Positions 1 to 12,622 of a DNA stretch of 64,000 nucleotides are shown here, piece by piece. Each line of letters opens with the position of its first letter. Position 1 is the first letter of the stretch. The notes beneath the pieces were generated by a model. That model worked only from the letters and a program-made list of their open reading frames with translations. It ran no database searches and was not told the DNA's origin. This stretch comes from Trichosphaerium sp. ATCC 40318 (lineage: Eukaryota; Protista; Tubulinea). Position numbers and translations under genes: made by a program. The stretch lies in assembly GCA_038496445.1 (NCBI GenBank), contig JALMLS010000354.1, positions 372,001-436,000 of the forward strand, in the 5' to 3' direction.

Positions 1-1700
1 TTGGAAGTATTGCATGCAAGTCAGCTCGCTTGGGTATTTGATAGAATGCAACAGGTTGTATTTATTTGTGTCATATATTTTTACTACTTTGTCTTCGCCT
101 GTAGGTAAGCAGTGAGTGAAAAGAAGTCTTTTTCGAAAGTAATATAATTTGGTTTATCAAGCACGTACCAGCAATGAAGAGTCGACCACGTGAATCATCA
201 TGAGATAAACATGTGACAGCACGAGGTAAATTTGTAATTTCGGTAAGCATCTTTCCACCTACTACGTCCCATCCACGAACAGTTCTTCCACCTTTTTTTC
301 ATTAATTAGTCACAAACGTAAAATACTTAAGCATTTCTTAATTAAATAAAAAAGCGAACCTCCAGAGTAAATCAATTGGCCACCAGGTGTAAATTGAACA
401 CTTGTGACAGGTTCTCCGTGTTGCCATGTTTGTACACATTTGCCTGCACGAATATCCCATAAACTATAGAAGAGTAAGATTAATGTTAAATACTCTTTTT
501 TTGGGATAATTGTTTTCTCATCAATTACATACCGAAGGGATTTATCATAAGAACCAGTTGCCCACATATTCATACTCGAGCTATTGATGTCACCTGCACG
601 CACATAATCCTTTTTTAAAAAATGAGCAAACGACCATTTAACACACAAAATCATTGTAAGAATATCAAATAAACGCACTGTATGGCCTTCCATTTTAAAT
701 TGTTCAAAGTCACGTGATTCAGTAATATCCCAACCGCGTACAGTCCGGTCATCACCAGCTGTCATTAGCATAGGCATTTCACCAAATTTACAATACCTCA
801 CAGCGCTAATACCAACAATTAAGAATATACTCGAACAAGGAGATAAAAAGAAATTGCACTTTCTCAGCTAACTTGCAACTACTTCTTTTGATGATGATTC
901 AAAAAATAAACTTCTTCGTACCCTTTATGTCTCTTTTTAAGCATAATAATACGCTTAAGTTCTATACTATCCCATACATGTATAATACCTTCTTGAGAGC
1001 CTGCAGATCGTTAGTAAAAAGCACCAATTCGGGAAGGTAAAAAAGGGAAATAAATCATTGCAATAAATTACCAGCAGCGATGAGTTTGCCGTCCCCTGGC
1101 CTGTATGTAACGCCATAAAGTGGCGATTTAGCGTAAGTGCGCTTGGAATGGAATGATTTTGATGTCTCGTAAATGTATATCTAGGTAGACTGTGAGCTGT
1201 TGCAACGCTCCATGAGGCTACTGATTCGAACACCAAATTAAAACAACGTTAAGTATTCCTTTACGCGTAGAAATGCTTTGTACGTGCGCGCAAACGTTAT
1301 CTTTATGCGTACGTCAGTGTGTGATGTAACAGCGTAGCGTTTTCCTGATGGATGAAAATCAACGCTTGTTACGCCTGCTCCTTTGGCTGTGTTGGTTATA
1401 CGTGTGAGAATTGGCCACTATTGGGCCATTAGCCAAAAAGTAACAAATTGTTTTTCTTACTCTAAAATCTTGCCAAAACAACGATTCTGTTGTTTTACTG
1501 CCCTTTCCAACTGGTATTTGCTTGATATCAATATTTACATCTGGTACATATCTCTGAGCAACATTTGAGCGCAGTGTAGGCACATCTTGTTTATTTGGTG
1601 GCGGTCCACGCTTTTTGTTCTTGTTAGGCCTTTTCCTCCTTTGATCACTACGTCTACGTCCTGGAGACTTTCTATTATCACCACGAGCACGGAATGCCAT
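1..1700 (-). CDS. UTP15: U3 snoRNA-associated WD40 protein UTP15 (multi-exon; 3' end runs off window)
   Basis: Spliced exons give a basic N-terminus, then ESLFWQDF and WD40 motifs AGDDRTVRGWDI, DYVRAG, ATGSYDKSLRLWDIRAG, HGEPVTSVQFTPGGQLIYSGG, typical of Utp15. Confidence 0.8.
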
Positions 1701-1814
1701 GTTACAATGAAGGAAATAGCAAAGAAAATCAAGTAAATTTCTGACAAGGCTTTCATTTGGTCGTTTTTTTTGTTTTTAATGTCCTATTTTATTGTTACAA
1801 TTGCCGTAGGCATT

Positions 1815-3399
1815 TTAAGATACTTCACTTCCTTCTTGGTTTGGCATTGCGTATCCCAAAGGAAGCTTTAGAATACCGTTTGTCATAAAGTCCTCAATAA
1901 CTGCAGCTAGCTCTTGGGGAACTTCACGTGCTATACTGTGTCCTATTGCATGTATCAGTGTATGTTTACAAGAAAGGAAAACAATGATAACTGCAATTTA
2001 AAGAATTTTCTCACCTGTTCTTGAAAACACATGCAAGGTAGCGTTAGGCAATCTTTTATACTCTGCAATCTCTCCCATTAACAGCATATCATTACTAGCT
2101 CCACAAAGTAACTAGGTTTAGTGTTAATAACGAAAGTTTTAACGTCATATTAGGGTTCTTTGGAATAATTTTAAATGATGACACGTGCAGTTGGCTGTTT
2201 GATTTTTGTTAGATCAAGATTAGCATTTTTAAGCGCTTGCCAGGATCCCAAAACATGAGCAGAGTTACACCTCATAGATAACTGTACAGCATAACGAACA
2301 CCGTCATCTGTGTACGCCTCAGGTCGCGGTGTAGTTTCCTTTGATTGCTTCACTGCAAAAAGTTAGACAAATACAATGAACTGATAGTTTTCGCGCCGTT
2401 TTCCACGTACCTAGCCTATCCTCTGTTCCTGCGTTAACGTGTAGATACTGCGCAAGCATTGCCGCTTCATTTTGAGGGTCAAGCTTTAATCCCTTGGCAA
2501 ATGAAGGCGCAACAAGGATTAACCTATATTTGTATTAACAAAGGACGAATAAAAAGTACAGGAAACCAAAAAAGGAGTTCATTTTACGACATTTCGTTTG
2601 TTATTTTTTTTTTTTCGTTGCCGCTTCGTACACTTGTACCACAAGTTTTTACGCGTTTTTACGCATAAATTACCAAATACGACACGTGTTTTTAAAAAAA
2701 ACGAATAATAAAACAGCGTTTTGTACCTGTCAATAAATTCAGGGTGGTTTATGGCAAGATACATGCCAACAAGTCCTCCAAGTGAGTGACCGATAAAAGT
2801 ACATGATTTAACGCCAAACACTTGTAAAAGAGCTGTAACATCTTGTGCATACTTAGCAAGCGTATAATCTTCTTCTTGTTCCGGCTTTTAAAAGAAATTA
2901 GCGTTCTAAGCACCAAATACATAAAAGAAGCGCCTAAATTGGTTTGAAATCATATTTTTTCACTGGCAGGCGTCAGGGTAAACGTTGTTGGAAAAACCGA
3001 TAAATTGTCGTCTGTTTTATGTAATACCTTACTACTGTTATTGCATCCTCTCAAGTCTATCACTATGACGCGATATTTAGTGCATAGATGAGGTACAAGC
3101 TTCCACCAAGCATTTGAACTCGATCTTTGAATTGTTATTTAATATAAGGTATTATATTGTACTACGTACCGCCATCCATGGTGTAGGAACATTACAGGCG
3201 CTGTTTGAAGAATAAACGAAAATATACTACTAATGTGCGAAAAAGGTAACGTACCAGTGCTGCTTCCGTACAATTCGTAGTATATCTGCACATCATTAAC
3301 CTTCTTGTGGCCAGTATCGGTGGGTAAGTGTGCTGTTACTTTTATCTTCTTTTTTGGAGGTCCTGCTTCTGCTCCTGCATCTGGTACAAAGCGTTTCAT
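1815..3399 (-). CDS. Alpha/beta-fold hydrolase (multi-exon)
   Basis: VQIYYELYGS, VMFLHHGW oxyanion motif, nucleophile elbow GHSLGG, C-terminal GH motif. Confidence 0.85.
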
Positions 3400-3715
3400 A
3401 TTTGGTGAGTTGTTTTACTCAATCAATTCAGTATAAAACGAAAAAAACGAATCAAAAAGAAAAAGTGAGACTTGTTTAAATTTCGTTGTTTCGGGCCTTA
3501 CACCAAACACTTGTCTAAAGATATAGAATACTGGATAGAGTACAAGTTATTTTCGGTGACTATTTCGGAATTGGAAACGCAGTATGAAGTATTTACTTTA
3601 TATATACTATAAAAGGCATGCGCGCGTGTATACAACAAACGACGCCGTACACGCACTTGTTGCACAACGTTTTAAGTTTCATAAACTTAAAATTTTTACG
3701 TATTTTGCCGTTAAG

Positions 3716-4470
3716 ATGTCAGCAACAGAAATACGTCAGCGAATAGCAACCGAATTCGACGGTAATAACCTATGGACGAAGTCTTATGTTCTAGAGAAAC
3801 CTCAGGTGGCACCTGAGCTCGACATACTTCAAACAAACCGCGAAAAGGTCAAAGTATTCACAAGAGATAAATCTGTGTACAAGGTTCTAGAAGCGAGGGA
3901 TGCTAAAGATAAAAAGGGTAAAAAAGACCAAAAATCCAGTCAACCATCCTACAAGTTCGTTATTGGCATTTTTGTGGTGCTTTTAACCGTAGTACTACTC
4001 AGATTTTTCGAGAGTGCGTAAACTACAATAATATTTATCTCTAACGCTCTAATAGCTACATACGACCCAGAGACAGACAAATTTATGCATTTCTATTCTG
4101 TACTAGGCGTCAAACCGGGAGCAGAGCAAAAAGTCATCCGAAAGGCGTTCAAGAAGCTCGCTATGAAATAGTACGTACATAGCGATGATATTGGCGCTTT
4201 TTTTTTACACGTAATATCAACCTTTCAGTCCTTTCAAAACAACCCACACGCATTAGTTTAACCTTGAAATTTTGTATTTAACGATTATTTAGTCATCCTG
4301 ATAAATGTAAACAAGATCACTGTGCAACAAAATACGAACAAGTCCAAGAGGCCTACAACATGATAAAAAAGTATGGAGACTTTTTTCAAAAGCGTTATTT
4401 GCGTGAAAAGGCATCAAACCGTCCAGACTATGTAAAAGACGCACAGCCGTGGAGAAAAAGACAAAATTAA
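3716..4470 (+). CDS. Membrane-anchored DnaJ (J-domain) protein
   Basis: TM helix FVIGIFVVLLTVVLL, then HFYSVLGVKPGAEQKVIRKAFKKLAMK-Y/HPDK (intron just before HPD) and YEQVQEAY. Confidence 0.85.
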
Positions 4471-4913
4471 AGGTGATCAGAGGGTTAGGTTGCTGTCATT
4501 TACAAAAAATCGTTGAGCAAGTTTACAACGCACAATTACACCCTTTCTCCATCACGTGCTACGAATAAATGTACAATAGAATTTAATAAAGTATCGAGCA
4601 CAATTTCATGCACCAAGTCTATAATCGAGTAGTACACAATTCGAAGTTATTGCACGTTTCGTAGGTTAAAGATATAAGAGGCTGGATGGCTGTAAACAGG
4701 TTATGTATAAAGGTTTGCTTATACAATTATCTTAGCTGGTTTAATTTATCACTGTAATGCTCAATCAAAGCAAAAAATAACGTGAAAGGTGACACATTTT
4801 AATAGTGTTGGATATGCATGTCAATGTACTACAAGTAATAGATTTATGTAATGTTTATGCTACAAATAAAAAGATGTTTTGTGCCATAGGTTTTAATTGC
4901 TAAAAAAAGTAAT

Positions 4914-7235
4914 CTAAAACTCTTTCTCCAAGTCATACAAAGGAATACACTTATAGTTATCAATTGTCTTTACTCCGAAAAAGTCTACTAGCGCATACCT
5001 AAGGCGTTATGTCAATACTAAGTAAATATAAGTGAATAGCAGGACTTGCCATATATCATTTACTTCAGCTGTTTCATTTCTGTACCTCGCAGCAAAATAA
5101 TACGGGTACCTACATTAAAAAAACTTAAGAAACTGTTTTTGATTATTGAGTTGCTTCCTTACCGTCCTTGTTGCCCTTGAGCCCATCCTCCATACCACCA
5201 ACTCTTAAAGTTTTGTGTCTTTCCATAACATATTTCAATAAAACACGTGCCCTAAGTGATTGCTTTTAGAAGGTAAAGAGCAAGCAGTTTTGACATTACC
5301 GGTTTTGCTAGTGATAGAGCATATCCCCATGCGGCTTTCAAGTATAAGAAAGAAAAGAGTACATGTCTGAAAAAGAATTCAATATGTGGTACCTCCGTGA
5401 GGGCCTATAACAACAGATGCTCGTCTAAAAATATCATAAAGTTTGTCACCATCTTTGGCATCTCGTTCTCCAATGAAATCGAAGATTTCTAGATCCATAT
5501 TGTACGTATCAATAAACCGATTGATGGTATCCTTGATGAATTTGTAAATAATCTCAAAGCATTGACATATACATACCAGTATTTCTCCTTCATTTGTGAC
5601 GTTTCTCGATGTTGCTGTGCGTCTTGACATCCAAACAATTATCTTTTTCAAAACTGGTTTTGGTTTAGGACGATTATTGTCAATAGCGTCAGCAAAGGCT
5701 TGGTATTCAATAGGATGCCAAGGTCTCTGTGGTGTTATTGTTAACATAAAAGCTTCTTTATAACAAGATGGTAGTGGATTCCAGTCGATTCTAGTACAGC
5801 AATTAGTTAATACATCAACTGACAAAAAATAAACATGTGGAAAGAAAATTACAACCTAAATTGAAGTATGGCTTGTATTCATCGTATAAACGTTTTGCGA
5901 CTTTGTTTGGCAAAAATAGATTTTCGTACGTATTGGGTTTGAATCCAATAGATTTTTCCCAAAATTGTAGCCCAGGATTTCCGTGAAAGTCAATAAGCAA
6001 GTATGTAAGATTGGTCATTTTGAAGAAATCATGAACCATACACATTCCGCCAGCAACCTCAAGAGGAAAGTGTTGCCATATATGAGGTAAGTTTGTTTTA
6101 TGTGTTAGAAACGCTGACACATCAAATTTTGGTTGGAACTCTGGACTAGTATTTCAATTAAAAAAACTGAAACACGTGATTTGTTATTGCTTCAGTTCGT
6201 TACACGTTTTCAAACAAAACTTACTTTGAAGGGCTAGGCGCACAAAATCCATTGCCAAGAAGAACTTGTTTGTCATTATACAATGCATTACATCCGAACA
6301 TATACGTGTATAATCTTCCTCGCCAGCCTAAAGGCGTATCGCTTTTATCTAAAATTGAATTAAAGCGAGTGGTACTAAGGGTGCATAAATAATTCTTGAG
6401 TGTCAGTTACATACCTGGTGCGCTATAGCAATAATTCGGGAGTCTGTGCAAGTATGCAGTCTTTTTATAGAATGACTGATTGAATGGTACTCTTAAGAAT
6501 GTTCTGTTTTTTTGTTGGAAAATGTTAGTACTAGATTTACCGCATATCGTGTCCTTTACCTTTCAACTTCCCACTCTGCAAGTTCCCTTGAGTCGTGTTT
6601 TACATTACACCACTTTGGTACATATTCTTGCCCAGCACGTTTATCAGTGATCTTAAACAAAAAACATTAAAACCAAAAACAAAAAAGTTGATCGTTGTAC
6701 GGATGGTGGGAATTCCATCGCCATTGTAAGGAATTGACACGTATCAAGATCAAGCGATTCTGGGTCTGGGCATTTATATACATCACAGCTAGGCTCTTCA
6801 TTCAATATACGTTGCTCAAAATCGTATGTCTTGTGAAAGGGATGATTATCAAAATGTTTAGTCTTTTGAATTGACTTCCAGAGCTTACATCCATACTTTC
6901 CGTCCTCTGACTGTAAGAAATGTATCACGTTATAAAGTAGTCATTGTACGAACGTAGTTTATCATATTTGTATGTTAATATAGCGCAGAAACACTTTGTA
7001 TGACGTTTTGGTGTTCTTCCAACGTCTAACTCTATCTTTTTACTTATCTCGACTCTATCACGTGGTATCTCACTATCTATACTCTGTACCTCACGTGATT
7101 GAAGATGCATAATACTAATAGCAACACACCACACTGTTAAAGTAACTGCGCCGCATATACCAAGGTAAAACGAAGGGTTTCTCTACAGTAAGTCAGATTT
7201 TGGTTTGAAGGATATAGATGATTTATAAATACCAT
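4914..7235 (-). CDS. Type II membrane glycosyltransferase, GT61 (DUF563)-like
   Basis: N-terminal signal-anchor, Cys-rich stem, WMSRR...RNVTNEGEI and FRRASVVIGPHGG motifs of GT61. Confidence 0.75.
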
Positions 7236-7389
7236 TAGAACTGTACTATTGAGTATGCTTTACGTGCTACACCATTTATCTCTATTGTACGCGGTCAAAT
7301 AAGTGAACTAGTTTAAGTTTGCAGTTGAGTTGAACACATTGATGATACCATATTAAAGGCGCAACTGAGAGTGTCTCACGATAGGCCAT

Positions 7390-10300
7390 ATGCTTCGCTT
7401 CCAAACGTGGTCTAGTCGCGCTACATGTCATTGTAAGCGCTCTATGCGTAGAGAACGGCCTAGGCGTATATCACTCTTCCCTGAAGTGAGTTAACAAGGT
7501 TTGTAACACAGCACCTACTAAAACGAACAATAGCCCACCCGTGATGAAGTCAACCTAAAGGAGCAGAGCAAACAACGCTACGACAAATATTTTGACGCAG
7601 TGTTTCGCGATTTTGATCCAAAGGACAAGTATGAGGCTAAGCATGGATTGCGTGGCACTGAGTCGTATAAAGTGCAGCAACAAATGATAAAAAGTTTGAG
7701 GCTTAAAAACCATATGGGCGTAATCAACACGTTTAATTACACATTCGAGGTACATACATGATAAATACAATGATAATTGGAACGAAATAATAAGATTGCC
7801 TTAAAAAGCTCATAAATTCTTTCAAATACTGTTTCAATGCACTAAACGCGCTTGTTTATTGCGTAAAACGAATAGTTTCTACGTGTCTGGAATGACCTCA
7901 CAAACAATTTAGAATCGTATAATGAGGACTCCACGAATGTATTTATGGGCTCTTGTATCTAATGAAGCATTGGGGATGCCTATAAGACATATTCTGGTTT
8001 ATTTGTCAAGAGAAACTACATCAGAATTTAAGCCTGCTCAAGAAACTCTAAAGTACTGCTTGGATACTCTTCTAAGGACAGCTTGTAAGTTTGGAAATGA
8101 AGGATATGGAGACGAAGATAGTGTCTCGCAATCACGTACGTACAAACCGAATACAATCGCAACGAACATTTTGACACGTCAAAATGTCAAAAATCCGCCA
8201 ACTTTTTTACAGAAAAAAAACCGATTTTTGTTTTTGACATTATCTGTTCCCTTTTATCTAATATGGATCTCTACCAAAGAAACCTAACTTACTTTATACT
8301 AGTGAATAAGGTTTTACTTTATTTTCAGCAAAATCAACGCGTAGAGCCTTCACTGTCAAATTGGGATCGTGTTATTAGAATATATACTGCCTGTGGTGAT
8401 CACCGCCTTGCTATCGATGTTATAAAGAACCTTGGCAAACAAAAGATGCAAATTGGCGTTTATACCTTTAATGCGTTTCTTGATGGTGCTAGAATTGCTG
8501 GAAACTTTGACGTGGCAAGGGTTGTTGCCGACGAGATGATTTCGCGAGAAATACCTTTTAATAAGCTTTCTATTGCTCTATTGTACAAGACAGTTACAAA
8601 ATACGACGAGTACTGTCTCGTACTCGAAAAATTCGAGCCGCTGGCTGTATGGGAGAACAGTACGTGTTTTTCTTTTTTGACGAATTGTCATACCATTTCC
8701 ATGTGTAAACTACGCGCAGGTTGCTAACTACTTGCTTTTTTTTTTGTAGGTATTTACATGCATCGTGTTTATGCTCTTTGTAGACTAGGAAAACTCTTGG
8801 ACGCTTGGAAAGTACGTTAATAAGACTACTAGTTTTTGTAAAGAAAAAGAAAAAATAGTTTCCCTTGTTGACATTCTTTGTAGGCGTATGAGTTCGCACT
8901 CAATTCATATGCTGTACCTGATGCTGATACACTAAATATCATGCTTGAAAAAGCAATAGAAAAAAGTTATGTTGTAGACGCACTTACACTGTTCTTTGAG
9001 ACACTAGATCGTGGTATTATGGTAGACGTGTACGCTTCATGTTGACTTTAAAAAACCCCGTCTTTCTTTATTGTAGACTGGTTGCATAATGAAACTCACA
9101 ATTTGTCTTAGTACGCATGTTCAAATGCTAATGGAGTTGTATTTTGTACATAAAACACAACAAAACGAAACGATTTTGAGACGAATTTTGGCTTATCAGC
9201 CAGAGCCTTTACTTTATGCATATGCTATAAGACGATATGCAGAGATAGGTAATAATCAAATATTTTAGAGGAAGAAAAAAGACATTGCAATTTTGACATG
9301 TGTCAAAGAAACCATTTTTGTTTTTAGTTTTTTTTTTTTTTTTCAAAACTCTTGTTTGTATTGAACTTAACTTCTTTTCTAGAGAGATATGATGAATCTA
9401 AGAGGCTTTATGATCTATTCAATAAGAATGTTGAGATTGCAGATAGTGATCTCAAAGCTGCAAGTCGGATTACAACTGATGAGAACCAAGGTAATAGACA
9501 ACCCTTCATTTTTAATTTTTATTTTCTTTTTTGAATACAATCTCTTCAGAAAATTTTGGGTAAATGTACTCACAAATACTAGTTGTTGCACAAGCTATCA
9601 TATATGCTTCATCAAAAAATAATGACTTTGAGTTTGCCCGTGAAGTATTTGAGAACGCGCGATCTCGCCTTGTTATGGTATGGTTTTAGTTTTTTTTCAT
9701 TATCTATTTTTCCAATACATCTTCGTTAACAGTAAATTGACAACTTGACGTCATTTCAGAGACTTTAGATATTTATGTTACTTTGTTAGGACACTGTAAG
9801 AGAGATAATAGAAGCAGCAAGAACAAAAGAAGACTATAATTATGTTAAAGCATTGTTTGAAGAGTTATATGAGAGTAAAAGAAGCAGACTTTGGCGTGAG
9901 ATGCTTGTATCTTCTCTAACTGTATCAGCTGTTAATGGTATGGGTTTTTTTTTAAAACTCAAGACAGTTTTTAGAGAGGGCTTCTTACACTGTTTTCTAA
10001 CTTGTTACCCCTAGTTGGTGATATTGACGCCGCCATGGAAATACTAACTAATATTGTTAAAAATGACGAAGATTTGGATCAATTTAACGTTGCTCCATTC
10101 ATGCCAATCTTACAGTGTACGCGCCAAGTTTTTTGAGTTTTTTTTTTTGGCGTGACTTATCAAAAGAATTGGTTGGACTTTTATTTAACCCTTTTATATT
10201 GTTTTCTTTACTACTACTTGCTTGCTGGTGTACTCACTAATTTTTTTTGTTAAGTTTTCATTACGAACCGTCAATTCGATAATGCTTTTGATATTCTCAA

Positions 10301-11208
10301 GTTGGCTACGGATATGGCTCAAGGGAGCACTATTAAGAGACATGCTGTACATAACCATTACTTTTACACAGAATTAATGTCTTACTACTTGGACGAAGGC
10401 CAACAACCAGAGCGTGGTATGTAGAGCGATTGTTCTTTGCGTCTTAGTTTGCAACTTTCTGCCTTTTTTTTTACTGTGTTATTAACCATTATGCTAGTAC
10501 TGGAAATTGAAGCCATGAGAATACGAGCAAAGGCCAAGAGTACAGAGAGAATTCACGCGTGCGTAGTAACTTGTTATTTACGCGTTTTCGGCTAACTTTC
10601 TATCTTGCTTAGGTTGCTCTTTGAAGCTACTTTGAGGCTTCGTGACCCTACTAATGCATTGAAACATCTTCGTTTGAAGATGTTAAAAGCTCCAGACGGA
10701 AAGAAGATCTCACCTGTTAGTATTCAGAAGCTATTGTCCGTTACAGATACTTTTGCAGATATTCGTGAAGTTTTACATTTTATGCGTCGGTTTGGCGGCT
10801 TATTCACGGTTCAATCGCTTAACAGGGTTATAAAGAAGATACAAAAGGTGAGAGCTTTGCGTATGAAGGATTTAGGGATCCTACCAAGAGAGGAAGCGTG
10901 CGTACTTTTTGACATCTTGAGATAAAAACAAAAAAATATTTGAAATGTTTTTGATGGCCAAAATCCGAATTGAGTTGACTTTTTTTTTTAGTACGCTTTC
11001 GAGCCAGCCTAGACATGTTATAACTGGTCAGTTACATGGTAAAATTTTACCAAAACTACAATTGGTAGTAGACCAGATTATTGAAAATCAAAAAGCAACA
11101 AATATTGACTTTAGAAGCTTGTTTTCTCCTTTAGAGGGTGAAGAACGTGTTAAAGAGACATTAAAGTTGAAACAAAGATGTGACATGATTCATGCTGCAA
11201 CCATGTAA
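7390..11208 (+). CDS. Pentatricopeptide-repeat (PPR)-like protein, probably mitochondrial
   Basis: Arg-rich N-terminus MLRFQTWSSRATCHCKRSMRR; PPR-like motifs WDRVIRIYTACGDHRLAIDVIKNL and VYTFNAFLDGARIAGNFDVARVVADEMISREI; many exons. Confidence 0.7.
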
Positions 11209-11580
11209 AAAAAAAAATAACAAAAGAGAAATAAATATCTGTGAATAAACAAAAAAACTCAAAACAAAAACAAGTGTAATTTCTATTACTTCTGACAATA
11301 ACAAGTAGAATTGATGTTTATTATAGCTTGTAATGGTTACGCTATGTACTAGGTGGTTAATAGAAAACTTAGAAGAACTAGTAAACGGTTAAATAGAAAA
11401 AAAGTGTCAATGTTTGCAAGTATTTCATCAACGGTTTTGTTGCAACTCCGTACTTGCCTTGGTAGAATCTAGAACAGCTGAGTGCTACTGCCCTTGGTTG
11501 TAATTAAAGTCACGTGTTAAACTTAGGTTGACGAGCAACTGACTTTTGACGAGCGAAGCAAACCAAAATATAACGAAATT

Positions 11581-12442
11581 ATGCACGTTTCAACTGCTGC
11601 CGCTCTTATTATATTATTGGCATGTTTTCTTCATGCAAACGCGTATTCAGAAGCTCTGCTAGCGTCGGAGGTACGTTTATAAAATCTAGACCCAAAATGT
11701 ACTCCAGTTTTTGTACCGTACTGTTTGTCGTCTACTATCCGCAAATACCGCAGTGGTAGGCGTTAGTACGTTTTTGAGAAGAAATGTTACTGCAAACTAC
11801 TGGCTTTTAACAGTCGTGCCACATTGCCTATCATTCTCTATGTAGTACACCTGTACACTAATTGTTTATTTGTAAAAATCTCTGATGACATTTCGCTAAA
11901 ATCAGCTTAGCCAACGTCTGCACCATCAAATAATACAACGGCACCAACCGCAAAATCAATTAGACCACTTATTGTAGTTTCTGCTACATTTGGCGCATTT
12001 ATTCTTGTAGTCGCTCTAGTTGCTTGTTATAGCGCTTATACATGCTGGGCACGCGGACCAGACCCGGCAGGTACGATTTAATCAATCAAAGAGGAAAAAA
12101 ACACGTAAACTGACATTTTGGTTTTCAGACTTGTCGAGTTTCACGAATTTCCCTCCCTACGATGATAAAGAAGATGTCGGATTCTTAGAAGACGCCGAAC
12201 CAATAGGACGCGATTCTGAAAATGACCCTATGCTAACAACTAATGATGATATAGCTGGTACAATACTCATTTCTTGATTTTTTTTTTTTGACATTTCTCA
12301 TTTATTTTTATTTCAAAGTTATTCTCACTTTTTTCCTTCTTTAGCTACAGAACTTCTTACTGGTCTTGAAGACGTCGATGTTGAGGATCCAAACGAAAAT
12401 GAAGACTATGACTCTGAACCAGAGATACGATTTGTTTCATAA
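11581..12442 (+). CDS. Small type I membrane protein with acidic cytoplasmic tail
   Basis: Signal peptide MHVSTAAALIILLACFLHANA, TM segment near 11970-12030, acidic C-terminal exons, canonical introns. Confidence 0.65.
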
Positions 12443-12622
12443 AAGCAAAAAAAAAAAAGATTTTACATTTAACAACAAAAAATAACCTGTACAAAAACTA
12501 CCTTACCTTACCCCATACTCACTGTGTCCGCTTTTTTTAAAACTCTCAATCAACTATATTATCAGTCACCTTTTTAATTAAATTGACTACATTTTATTCA
12601 AGACAATACTTTGTATAAGGTG

